This document shows positions 9,073-17,745 of a DNA stretch of 64,000 bases, in pieces. The translations under genes and the position numbers were made by a program. Source of the stretch: a virus; IMG/VR virus record IMGVR_UViG_3300020162_002681, positions 64,001 to 128,000 of that record; one strand, written 5' to 3'. The notes under the pieces were generated by a model. The model was not told the origin of the DNA and did not search any database. It saw nothing but the letters and a program-made list of their open reading frames with translations. Each line of letters opens with the position of its first letter. Within the stretch, counting starts at the first letter, position 1.

Positions 9073-9773
9073 TTTTTAGTAATTCCATATTCCTTGCATC
9101 TATTTCTTATAGTTATATCGCTTACGCCATATATTTTAGAGATTTTTATCATAGAATATTTATTTACAAGGTCTTGTAAGGTATTTCTATCTATGTGAAA
9201 TTTTATAGTTTGATTTTTATATCTATTAGAACATTTTACACATCTCTTAGACTGCCTTAATATATCTAATCCACAATCAACGCATTTTAAATTGGGCTTT
9301 ACTTTAATGTTTTTACCTGCATAATTATCTGTTTGGGAATGGCAATTTGGACAAAGTATTCTTAAATTATCGATTCTATTGTCGTTATTTATACCGTTTA
9401 TATGGTCAAGCTGTAAACTAAGCTTAGCTCCATTCCATTCCCCAAGATTATTGCAAATAGCGCAAGAATAGTTCAAAATACCTTCTTTTACTAGTCTAGC
9501 TTTTAGGTTGGAAGTGTTATTATACTTAGAATTTTCTACTAAGATTAAATCTAAATCTATTTTCGATTTAGGTTGGGATTTTATATATTTCGCCCTATTT
9601 ACATCCAAATTATTCAAACATAAACCATTTTCACCTATGAGTTTTTTAAGGCACTCATAATTTGTGCTGTGTACAGGAACACCGACGTTTGTTAAAACTT
9701 GTTTGAGTGTATCCGACTCATTCAATAGTTTTTGTAGGTCGATAGTACTTAAACTTTTTAATTTTTTACTCAT
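9054..9773 (-). CDS. HNH homing endonuclease antisense within the tRNA cluster
   Basis: CAIC...LQLDHINGINNDNRIDNLRILCPNCHSQT, extra CxxC pairs and a C-terminal HTH. Confidence 0.92.
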   Translation of the reverse strand: MSKKLKSLSTIDLQKLLNESDTLKQVLTNVGVPVHSTNYECLKKLIGENGLCLNNLDVNRAKYIKSQPKSKIDLDLILVENSKYNNTSNLKARLVKEGILNYSCAICNNLGEWNGAKLSLQLDHINGINNDNRIDNLRILCPNCHSQTDNYAGKNIKVKPNLKCVDCGLDILRQSKRCVKCSNRYKNQTIKFHIDRNTLQDLVNKYSMIKISKIYGVSDITIRNRCKEYGITKKAKQET

Positions 9774-9852
9774 AATCCCAATTATACACTACCTTAAAAC
9801 AGGTATTCCCTAAAACCAAGAGATGAGATATCGTAATTCTCTAACCGCTTAA

Positions 9853-9923
9853 TCCTTTGTAGTGAAATGGCATCACACGACACTTTGATTGTCGCATTCT
9901 ACGTTCGACCCGTAGCAAAGGAA
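9853..9923 (+). tRNA. trnQ: tRNA-Gln (TTG)
   Basis: Acceptor TCCTTTG/CAAAGGA; CGACA-CTTTGAT-TGTCG; T-arm CTACG-TTCGACC-CGTAG. Confidence 0.9.
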
Positions 9924-9933
9924 TTGGGATGCT

Positions 9934-10008
9934 GAGATAGAACCCAAACGGCTAGGGACATGACTGTGAATCATGGTTTAGTGAGTTCGACCCTCACCTA
10001 TCTCCCCA
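9934..10008 (+). tRNA. trnH: tRNA-His (GTG), CCA encoded
   Basis: Acceptor GAGATAG/CTATCTC; CATGA-CTGTGAA-TCATG; GTGAG-TTCGACC-CTCAC; C73 then CCA. Confidence 0.9.
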
Positions 10009-10011
10009 AAT

Positions 10012-10083
10012 GGCTCTCTAGCATAATGGTATTGCACTTGCTTTGTAAGCAAAAGATTGTCAGTTTGATTCTGACGGGAGCCT
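10012..10083 (+). tRNA. trnT: tRNA-Thr (TGT)
   Basis: Acceptor GGCTCTC/GGGAGCC; TTGC-TTTGTAA-GCAA; GTCAG-TTTGATT-CTGAC. Confidence 0.85.
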
Positions 10084-10124
10084 TTATTTTCACTGTATAA
10101 TGAGAAAAACAGGGGAAAATTCTC

Positions 10125-10382
10125 ATGCAATACGCCGCACTCTTAGTCATAGTAGCTCTAGTTGTCTTTATTATCACTCCAAACCTAAAGAAGAGTGACG
10201 ATTCTCCAGCACGTTTAGACCTATTTTTCCGAGAGGTTCAATATAAGCTTGGCTTGCCTAAAAGCGCTGGTCAAGGAGCTGGTACTCGATTCAAACCCGA
10301 AGGTCGTAAACCACCTGAAAAAACACAACCTCAAGGAAGTCGCATAAGCGAAACTGAACCAGAAGTAAAAGAAAAGGACTAG
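10125..10382 (+). CDS. Small membrane-anchored protein
   Basis: N-terminal hydrophobic helix YAALLVIVALVVFII; TGTATAAT and AGGGG upstream. Confidence 0.6.
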   Translation: MQYAALLVIVALVVFIITPNLKKSDDSPARLDLFFREVQYKLGLPKSAGQGAGTRFKPEGRKPPEKTQPQGSRISETEPEVKEKD

Positions 10383-12277
10383 CTGTAGAAGCCATTCGGA
10401 AAAATCGACGGTTCCTCACTCATTCTCAACTTCTGTTCTGGATTAGGTGAGCGCACAAGTATAGACTCGGTATCACTAGCTGCTATCGGTCTATACCCAA
10501 TATTAAAACTGCTGACGCTACCACCACCTAAAGCACCAAGAATTTGCGTATATATTGCTATGTACGCATTTTGTTTGGCGTTTGGATTTGTACTATCAGG
10601 AGAAGAAAAGCTTGGCGCTACACTAAAACTAGGCTCGTTAGGCGTAACAGTATTGTCGTAAAATCTATCACCAGACGACGAGCTTGACCCTATACGCTCT
10701 GGATTGACCTGATAGTAGTAGCAACCATCATGCGAGAACAGTGGAGGCATTGAGTAACGGAGCACAAAGCTGAACTCTCCTCGACGAATAGGAAAATAGC
10801 CAGTTTCAGGGAAAGGTGGTGCATCCCAAGTAGTTATCGCTTGATTTGGCAATGTTTTATACAAAGCTCCATAAGGCGCAGCTCCTTCAACAAATAGCAG
10901 TGATTTCCGCTCTAAATTTGTAGCTCGGTCAGTAAAATAGGTATATTGATTTTTGGTCAAGGGGTACACATCAAGAATTTCACCATACGCCCACCAATAC
11001 TTATATTGCCACTCGTAACTAACTCCACGTTTGCCTACAGCGCTTTTAATCTCATAGGGATGGTTTATTTTTCCTTCTGCCGTACCCATATCAAGTCGCA
11101 ACATATTCACACCTTCTTTAGAGGAAGCAAGTATACCCCAAGGGTTAGGGCGAATTACATTTGATTGCTGTGTGTACTTTTGCAAACTGAATCTAGCTTG
11201 GTCAGTTCCGTAGTCAGGGGATTGGCGCGGAGAAAACAAAGTATAGTTAGTATTCCCAACATAAGTTGCAGTTGAATTACAGAACTCAGTAATATTCTTT
11301 TCTGTCAGCGTAGCCGATTGTGAAGGACGAAGTACTAATTCCAAATTGTAGTTAGAAGCTCTGTTGTGAACAATTACGCCTGTGGCTTCTAGAGCCTTAG
11401 CATCATCTGAAACTGAGTAGCTACGTTCGCGATATCTGAGCACTGACTGACCACGACACCACGTAAAAGCATATGTAGGAGTGACACTGTAAGAAGTTAC
11501 CGTAAAATTAACTCCACTAACTGTTGAAATCTTTTTGTAGCGTGTATCAGTAGCTGGAGCCACACCTTCAAGGGGAATCCTATCTTCGGGGTCGATTACC
11601 ATACATGACCATATACCTCCACCAAGATAATTCAGATTATCTAGGGAGAAATTCGATTTGAAGCACTTCGGTAATCCAGTTGCATCTAAGTCAAGCTGAT
11701 ATACCTGCCTTTCGGCTATGTTGATGTTGTTATTAGTTGGAGAGATGTCTGAATTATCGATACTAACTAATTTCCAATCGATTTCCTTTAAACCATCTTG
11801 TTTGTCCTTGACTGACTTGACATAAGCCAAATGTACACTCCAGCCTCCTCGATTAGCAGAGTTTGCACTGACGAACGCTTTTATCTGGGTCTGGTAGCTT
11901 GAAGAGAAGAACGTGTAGATTGGCTCGTTAGTCCCTCTTAAATCTTCATCAATGTAAACCGAGAAGTAATTAATAGTATTCTCGCTAGTTTCAGGAAACT
12001 TGACAGGAGCAGGAATAGGGAATTTTGCGAGTACAGCACTTTTTTCGAGGTTTGCTTGTGAAACTCTTAGTCTAGAGATAATTGTGTCTATGGGAAGCCC
12101 AGTAAGTCTACGAACCGTGACCAATTTGAATAACGATTCCGAATTAATTTTTTGCTTATTTTTTTTCTGTACCTTAGTATCAACAGTAGACTGGTTAGAT
12201 ACTAAAATCCATTCATTCGTCTGATTTTCACGTAAATAAATTTTCCCATTATTTTCACGTTTGATAAATCTGCCCAT
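10379..12277 (-). CDS. Hypothetical (probably virion) protein, 632 aa
   Basis: Long ORF co-oriented with the tail genes; no family recognised. Confidence 0.6.
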   Translation of the reverse strand: MGRFIKRENNGKIYLRENQTNEWILVSNQSTVDTKVQKKNKQKINSESLFKLVTVRRLTGLPIDTIISRLRVSQANLEKSAVLAKFPIPAPVKFPETSENTINYFSVYIDEDLRGTNEPIYTFFSSSYQTQIKAFVSANSANRGGWSVHLAYVKSVKDKQDGLKEIDWKLVSIDNSDISPTNNNINIAERQVYQLDLDATGLPKCFKSNFSLDNLNYLGGGIWSCMVIDPEDRIPLEGVAPATDTRYKKISTVSGVNFTVTSYSVTPTYAFTWCRGQSVLRYRERSYSVSDDAKALEATGVIVHNRASNYNLELVLRPSQSATLTEKNITEFCNSTATYVGNTNYTLFSPRQSPDYGTDQARFSLQKYTQQSNVIRPNPWGILASSKEGVNMLRLDMGTAEGKINHPYEIKSAVGKRGVSYEWQYKYWWAYGEILDVYPLTKNQYTYFTDRATNLERKSLLFVEGAAPYGALYKTLPNQAITTWDAPPFPETGYFPIRRGEFSFVLRYSMPPLFSHDGCYYYQVNPERIGSSSSSGDRFYDNTVTPNEPSFSVAPSFSSPDSTNPNAKQNAYIAIYTQILGALGGGSVSSFNIGYRPIAASDTESILVRSPNPEQKLRMSEEPSIFPNGFYS

Positions 12278-12281
12278 AATC

Positions 12282-12374
12282 TTAGTTCACAACTGTCGGT
12301 AAACTGTCAATCCAGCACTCTATCACTGATGTCATGTCTTTATCTTGTGACTCGGCATATTTCGCTAACTTTTC
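12282..12374 (-). pseudogene. 5'-truncated copy of the RHH gene at 6860..7006
   Basis: Reads EKLAKYAESQDKDMTSVIECWIDSLPTVVN*; 26 codons match copy 1 in protein with 8 synonymous differences; no upstream in-frame start. Confidence 0.85.
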
Positions 12375-12376
12375 TA

Positions 12377-12766
12377 CTAGAAATTTACAAAGTGCTGAAA
12401 ATTGCCACTGAAACCGCCGTATTGCCCTTGGAGAGCCGCCTGTTGACTACGCCAAGCACTCGCAGGAATTTTTTTACGTGCTACACCTGCTGCATCAATG
12501 AAGCTATTTTCACCTAATGGTCTTTGAGGGTTTCTAGGTGCTTGTTGCTTTGCCATGCCTCTACCCACGCTGGCGCTAGCAATTGCTTCCTGTCTGTTCA
12601 GGCTAGGAGGGGAGTTCTGCACCACTGCTGACCTCTGATTTCTCGTCAACGCTAGAGGTGAGGAATTAATAGGAGTCTCACCCCAAGTTGGAACTTCAGG
12701 TGCTTTTGGTTTGAAACTTTGACGAAGCTGATTTGCTTTTTGCCCGATAGTGGAGGTAGGTAGCAT
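12377..12766 (-). CDS. Disordered basic protein ending in QHFVNF (putative internal head cargo)
   Basis: 129 aa, P/Q/R/A-rich; the HFxNF motif is at the C-terminus. Confidence 0.65.
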   Translation of the reverse strand: MLPTSTIGQKANQLRQSFKPKAPEVPTWGETPINSSPLALTRNQRSAVVQNSPPSLNRQEAIASASVGRGMAKQQAPRNPQRPLGENSFIDAAGVARKKIPASAWRSQQAALQGQYGGFSGNFQHFVNF

Positions 12767-12813
12767 AGTTTTTAGGTAGAAATCTTTATACTTTAGTTTA
12801 ACATCGTTAGTTA

Positions 12814-15800
12814 CTAATCTTTTGGCAGTGGCAAGCTTGGAGGTACAAAGTCAGTAGTATATCTGGCTTGACCTAATGTTGCACGAAAAGATTGAATGTA
12901 CCCTTGGAAATTTGTTAGGGCGTAGCCGATATTTAAACTTGCATCCCAACCCATATCACTATTCTTGAGCTTATCAACCAAAGACCCGTCAATAAAAAGT
13001 TTAGTGGACTTTGCAGAAGAATTATTAGTCAGAGCAACGTGATACCACTGTTTTGCTTCAAGGTCTTCAGCAACCATTGGACTTGTATAGTTTGGTTGTG
13101 ATTTGTAACATCTGAGCGTATTCTCATCGTTGAACGCAAAGATTTTAGGCGAGGATGAGCCTGACGAAAGGATTCCTTGCAAAATACTGTTAGAACTATA
13201 TGAACCTGATGAAGAGCCGCTATCGACCACTACAGGCTCTGGCGTATATTCAACCGCATCAGTCACATCTCCAATCGAAATGTTGTTACTACGAGTGAAT
13301 ACTCCTGAAATCGCTTGTATGCTTGTGTCGAACGTGCTTGACAACGATGAATATACGCGATACCCGACAGCTCCAATTTTTTTCTGCCATTCCGCAACAA
13401 ATCCTTTTTCTGCCTTAACTCTATTTGGAACTACTTCAGGAGACTCAATCGCTGAATTGCTAGTGACTGAGACACTGTTGACATCTCCCACCAACATATT
13501 GTCAAATCCATCTAATTTTCTCGAAAAGTCGCTCGTATTTGAGATATCCACTAAATAATCGGTAGCACCATCTACATCACTCCAGCTAATATCAAACGAA
13601 GTAGGCGTAACCGACGATGCAGGGCTTGCGATGGGGGCAGAAAGAGAGAATGTAGTGAGTGAGGACAGATAGATATAAAACTCGATGCAATAGTCTTGGT
13701 TTGCACTCATGGGTTGATTCAGCGTCGCCACAATGCTCGAACCTTGACCGTTGAACCGCATAGACTTCAGTAGCCCTGTAGGATACTCATCTGCGACCAC
13801 ATCAACATTGTTAATTGCCAGCGCACACTCATATTGACTTTCATCAACGATACTACTCCCTTCGGGTTGCAAAAACAGTAAAACTTGCCCAAAATAAGAA
13901 TCTGGAAGATAATCTGGAACTACTGCGGTGCGCGTGAGAGTGTTGGAAGCTAAGTTAAGTGTGCCAATCGATGAAGCCACTGCACCTGCCTCGACCTGCA
14001 AGCTAAAATCACCACTTGTAAGAGCCTGTACCTCGAAATTATAGACATTGTTGTTACTAGCCTTAATAAGACCACCCACAATGCAATTATCGAGCGTCAG
14101 CGAGGCAAGATTGAAGGTTGAGGCATCTTTGTTGAGTGTTGCTGTTGCATATAGCTTATAACTGTTGTCGTTAGGCTGAGTAGTGGACAAAACGATAGTA
14201 AAATCGCTGTTCTCAATGAATACCGCAGTTCCGTTAGTTGTGGAGCTGAAATCCTTATTCGGAAGACTTGGTTCATCATGAATAGCGATATTGAAATACA
14301 CTTGCTGGTCAATCGTCTCATCTACCAGAAGCGTAGCGACGTAAGTATTGTATATCGTGTTAGTAACTGTAGCAGCTTGCCCTAGAATCGTCACTAGAGG
14401 CAATTGAGTAAGGTTGATGATGCTATTGAAGGTAAGTGATAGCGTATTGCCGTTAACAGCTTTATTTGATACATAGTTGTCCGATACCAGCGAAATGTAG
14501 TCTAGCAACTCACTGACATCAAGGATATTTGTAATCAAAGAATAAGGAATCAATGGAACGTCATGTTGGTATGCCGTGTAGAGTGCCTTTCCGACAGTTA
14601 GCCGTACATTTGACAGGAAGTATGCAGCTTGAGTAACACGATTCTCGTAATAACCGACCTTGAGAGCACCACTGGAGATGTTAATGTCAGTATTAGATTG
14701 AGCCAACCCAATACGCACTCCATTACGGTAAAAGCGGTAAATATTGCCTTTTTTAGTAATTGCAAAGTGAGGGAACTTCTGTTGTAGGGTGTAGGCTCCG
14801 TTTTCGTAAGCTGGGTAAATTGGTGTGGCTCCTGAGAATATATCGGACTCGCGTAAAACTACACTGGAGAACAGATTACTAGACTGGTCAATGCTCCGAA
14901 CTATCTGAATATTCCCATTGACCGCAAGTACTGCAAAGCCAGTATTTTCACGTTCGACAGAAAAAAGATGAGTTGTGTTCTGTGGGCTGAAAGTATTGCC
15001 GCGATAATGAAACTCAATAGTCCAATCACCATTCATTACCAAAGATGACCCTTGACCGATAGCTTCAAAGTTTTCATACGTTAATCCAGACTGCTCTAAT
15101 TGAGGCACTACGGCAAGGGAACTATTTGTGCCGATAGGGAAGACTGTAGAAGAGAAAAGCGTGTTGTTAGCGACGATTTCATCGAGCTGATAAGCATTTG
15201 GTGAAACATCGTTGAAAGTAGTTGAAAGGTCGAGAGGTAATTGCAAAATAGGGAAAGACTCGGCGTAGACCCTCGCAAGTAAATTACTCTTAGACGAACT
15301 GACATCACCATCAGTAATACCTGCACCTTCAATTGCCTGAACGTATACTACACCTTGTTTTTCGGGAGTAACATTGAATTGATAGCTCTGTTTTACTTCG
15401 TCGAGGAGAATAAAGTTGGAAAGAACTCCATTGCTTACACCAATTTTGGTGATATCGAACGTTTCAATAGATGCATCCCAAGTCAGGGTGCAAGTGAAAG
15501 TTTCGTTGATATAAGGGCTTGAGCCACTGGTTATGGTAGGTATTGGTGCGTTTTTGTTGATGACATAGAGCTGACCTTGGAAATTTAGCTCACCAGTAGA
15601 GTTCGAGATAAAAACGTTGATACCTTTGTACTTGACTGTTCTCCTATCGACAAAATTGAGTCCGAGCTTACCGTTCCCCGTTCCAGTAGTTGCAGTAACA
15701 ACATATTCCAACTCATTATTTTTGACAAGTGAAACCAGTGCTGCTCCACTGACCCCTTCTATTTGTGTAAGGCTAAAATCTGCTAATACAAGGCTATCAA

Positions 15801-17709
15801 CTGCCTGAGCCATGTATACATACCACTGACATGTACCAGTACTGATTGAAGGATTGAGAATAACTGGAACAATTGAAAGAACTCTCGCTTTGGGATGTGT
15901 AAGGGCGTTAGTGGTTAATAGTAGAGGCTGCAAGCAATGCCCGTAAAAATAATCGTTGGGAACTGTGGTACTTAAAAATCTAGAAGTATTGGTTACTCGT
16001 AAACCTTTGACACCTATGCTTCGTTTGGCTGAGGAAGTTGACGCTACCCAAGGAGTATACAAACTGCCAAAAGTCAGCTCCAGTTTGTCAGTTTCTTGAT
16101 ACAAAGTCCCAGAATACGCTACCGTTTTTACGTTGATGCCATTTACATAAAAATACAGATTGTTTTCAAATCTAGAAACTGCTAAATGTGTGTTAGGCTC
16201 AGCAAAAGCCGAGGCGATAGCCGTAGTGCTGGCTGTAATATTAGAAGTGATGCCAGCATTATGATAAAAAACGATGTCCGAGCTTGGTATTGCTAGTGCT
16301 GTGGTTGGAAGTGTGGCATTGATAGTATTGCTACCTTCAGAACCAAATGTCTTCCATGATGTGCCATTCTCACTGACACTGAAACTTAGGTAAGGGGCAG
16401 TTCTGGCAAAACTCCCTTCCCCAGCGTAGTCAGCATAAAAATTGAGGTCGATACTAGCTACTAACTTATCATTAGATGTCAGCTTAAGAAGATTGATTTT
16501 CTCAATTCCATCAGTGTTGGATAAATTAGCAGAAAGCCACTCCAGTAATGTTTTTGGTGTGGTGATTGGCGCATTATTCTCAAATAGCCCCAGATAAAGT
16601 TCGAGTGTCCACTCTGAAGTCGAAAGGTTATCGACGACCTGCTCAGACACATATACAGTATCTCCGTCAAGTTCTAAGAAGCCTGTATTGAAATTCGGCG
16701 TATCTTGACGTAAGGTGGAGTTAGCTAATCTCTTCAGGTTCGAGGCATAGTTGTAAGCATCAAATTGGAGGGGGAAGTTAAAAAGTACGTCAGCATAGCT
16801 TGGGTCAATTCGATTTGCTACGGAATTAAAGGGGAAATGCGCTGTAGTTGGGTAAAATGTTGAGGGATATCTTGCAATAGTCTTTGTGATGCGGAAATCT
16901 GCTATGCTCCCGCTGAAGCTGGTATCGATTAGGTTATCGTAAACAGTTCCACCTGTAGTAGCTGTCATAAATAAAGCAGCACCAAGAGCTAAGCGATTTT
17001 TCAGTGTATTTGCATTGGTATCTTGCGTGAAAGTTAGGTCGAAGCTACAACTGTAAGAATTTGTTTGTGTAAAAGCGAGAAAGGTGCGTAATGTAGACCC
17101 CTCACGTTGAATAGCGACTTTGTATACTGCATCGGTCACTATAGGGGAATTATTGACTTTGAAAGTAGTTCCCTTGGCTGCAAAATACAGGTCGGTATTA
17201 AAAAGAAAAAGCCCGTACCCTTTGTTGTCGGTTAGGACTGGCGGAGCCGCAGGAGTGAAAGTACTCCATGTCAAGCTGCTACCTACAGTGAAGATTGTCT
17301 GCACAGGATATATATTTGAGGTAGAAAAAGAAATCTCAATGGTGAAATTGCTCGTACCTAACGAAAAACCCTCTTCCCAACCACTCAGTTGTACATCTGC
17401 ATAAGTTGGCTTGACAGCCGATACATTTTGTCCCAAGTTAAGCTCGGCGGCTCTATTGATGCGGTTTAGGTTATTAGGAAGTACTAAGCCATTGATTCCG
17501 TAGGTGATAGCTGACTCGGTGTTGCTGCCAGTGAAATTCTTGACATGACGCTGGTATCGTGAATAATCGCGGCTGAAAGGTAGACCTCGACTGTTATCGT
17601 TGAAGTTGCCTGAGATGAGCAAGATAACATCGTTGAAATATACGTCCTCAACCACAGAGTTAGTGGCATCGGCGCTTGCTAGGTATTTTGTGAGAGTTTT
17701 GCCTTCCAT
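12814..17709 (-). CDS. Large tail-tip/fibre protein with LamG (concanavalin-like), Ig-like and FN3 domains
   Basis: Repeated LamG signatures (FTIE/WTIEF, WYHVAL, FRITK..ARY...F.P) and FN3-like segments. Confidence 0.8.
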   Translation of the reverse strand: MEGKTLTKYLASADATNSVVEDVYFNDVILLISGNFNDNSRGLPFSRDYSRYQRHVKNFTGSNTESAITYGINGLVLPNNLNRINRAAELNLGQNVSAVKPTYADVQLSGWEEGFSLGTSNFTIEISFSTSNIYPVQTIFTVGSSLTWSTFTPAAPPVLTDNKGYGLFLFNTDLYFAAKGTTFKVNNSPIVTDAVYKVAIQREGSTLRTFLAFTQTNSYSCSFDLTFTQDTNANTLKNRLALGAALFMTATTGGTVYDNLIDTSFSGSIADFRITKTIARYPSTFYPTTAHFPFNSVANRIDPSYADVLFNFPLQFDAYNYASNLKRLANSTLRQDTPNFNTGFLELDGDTVYVSEQVVDNLSTSEWTLELYLGLFENNAPITTPKTLLEWLSANLSNTDGIEKINLLKLTSNDKLVASIDLNFYADYAGEGSFARTAPYLSFSVSENGTSWKTFGSEGSNTINATLPTTALAIPSSDIVFYHNAGITSNITASTTAIASAFAEPNTHLAVSRFENNLYFYVNGINVKTVAYSGTLYQETDKLELTFGSLYTPWVASTSSAKRSIGVKGLRVTNTSRFLSTTVPNDYFYGHCLQPLLLTTNALTHPKARVLSIVPVILNPSISTGTCQWYVYMAQAVDSLVLADFSLTQIEGVSGAALVSLVKNNELEYVVTATTGTGNGKLGLNFVDRRTVKYKGINVFISNSTGELNFQGQLYVINKNAPIPTITSGSSPYINETFTCTLTWDASIETFDITKIGVSNGVLSNFILLDEVKQSYQFNVTPEKQGVVYVQAIEGAGITDGDVSSSKSNLLARVYAESFPILQLPLDLSTTFNDVSPNAYQLDEIVANNTLFSSTVFPIGTNSSLAVVPQLEQSGLTYENFEAIGQGSSLVMNGDWTIEFHYRGNTFSPQNTTHLFSVERENTGFAVLAVNGNIQIVRSIDQSSNLFSSVVLRESDIFSGATPIYPAYENGAYTLQQKFPHFAITKKGNIYRFYRNGVRIGLAQSNTDINISSGALKVGYYENRVTQAAYFLSNVRLTVGKALYTAYQHDVPLIPYSLITNILDVSELLDYISLVSDNYVSNKAVNGNTLSLTFNSIINLTQLPLVTILGQAATVTNTIYNTYVATLLVDETIDQQVYFNIAIHDEPSLPNKDFSSTTNGTAVFIENSDFTIVLSTTQPNDNSYKLYATATLNKDASTFNLASLTLDNCIVGGLIKASNNNVYNFEVQALTSGDFSLQVEAGAVASSIGTLNLASNTLTRTAVVPDYLPDSYFGQVLLFLQPEGSSIVDESQYECALAINNVDVVADEYPTGLLKSMRFNGQGSSIVATLNQPMSANQDYCIEFYIYLSSLTTFSLSAPIASPASSVTPTSFDISWSDVDGATDYLVDISNTSDFSRKLDGFDNMLVGDVNSVSVTSNSAIESPEVVPNRVKAEKGFVAEWQKKIGAVGYRVYSSLSSTFDTSIQAISGVFTRSNNISIGDVTDAVEYTPEPVVVDSGSSSGSYSSNSILQGILSSGSSSPKIFAFNDENTLRCYKSQPNYTSPMVAEDLEAKQWYHVALTNNSSAKSTKLFIDGSLVDKLKNSDMGWDASLNIGYALTNFQGYIQSFRATLGQARYTTDFVPPSLPLPKD

Positions 17710-17745
17710 TACCTTCCTTTTCTGTCTGCGAACGTCAGTGAGCTA

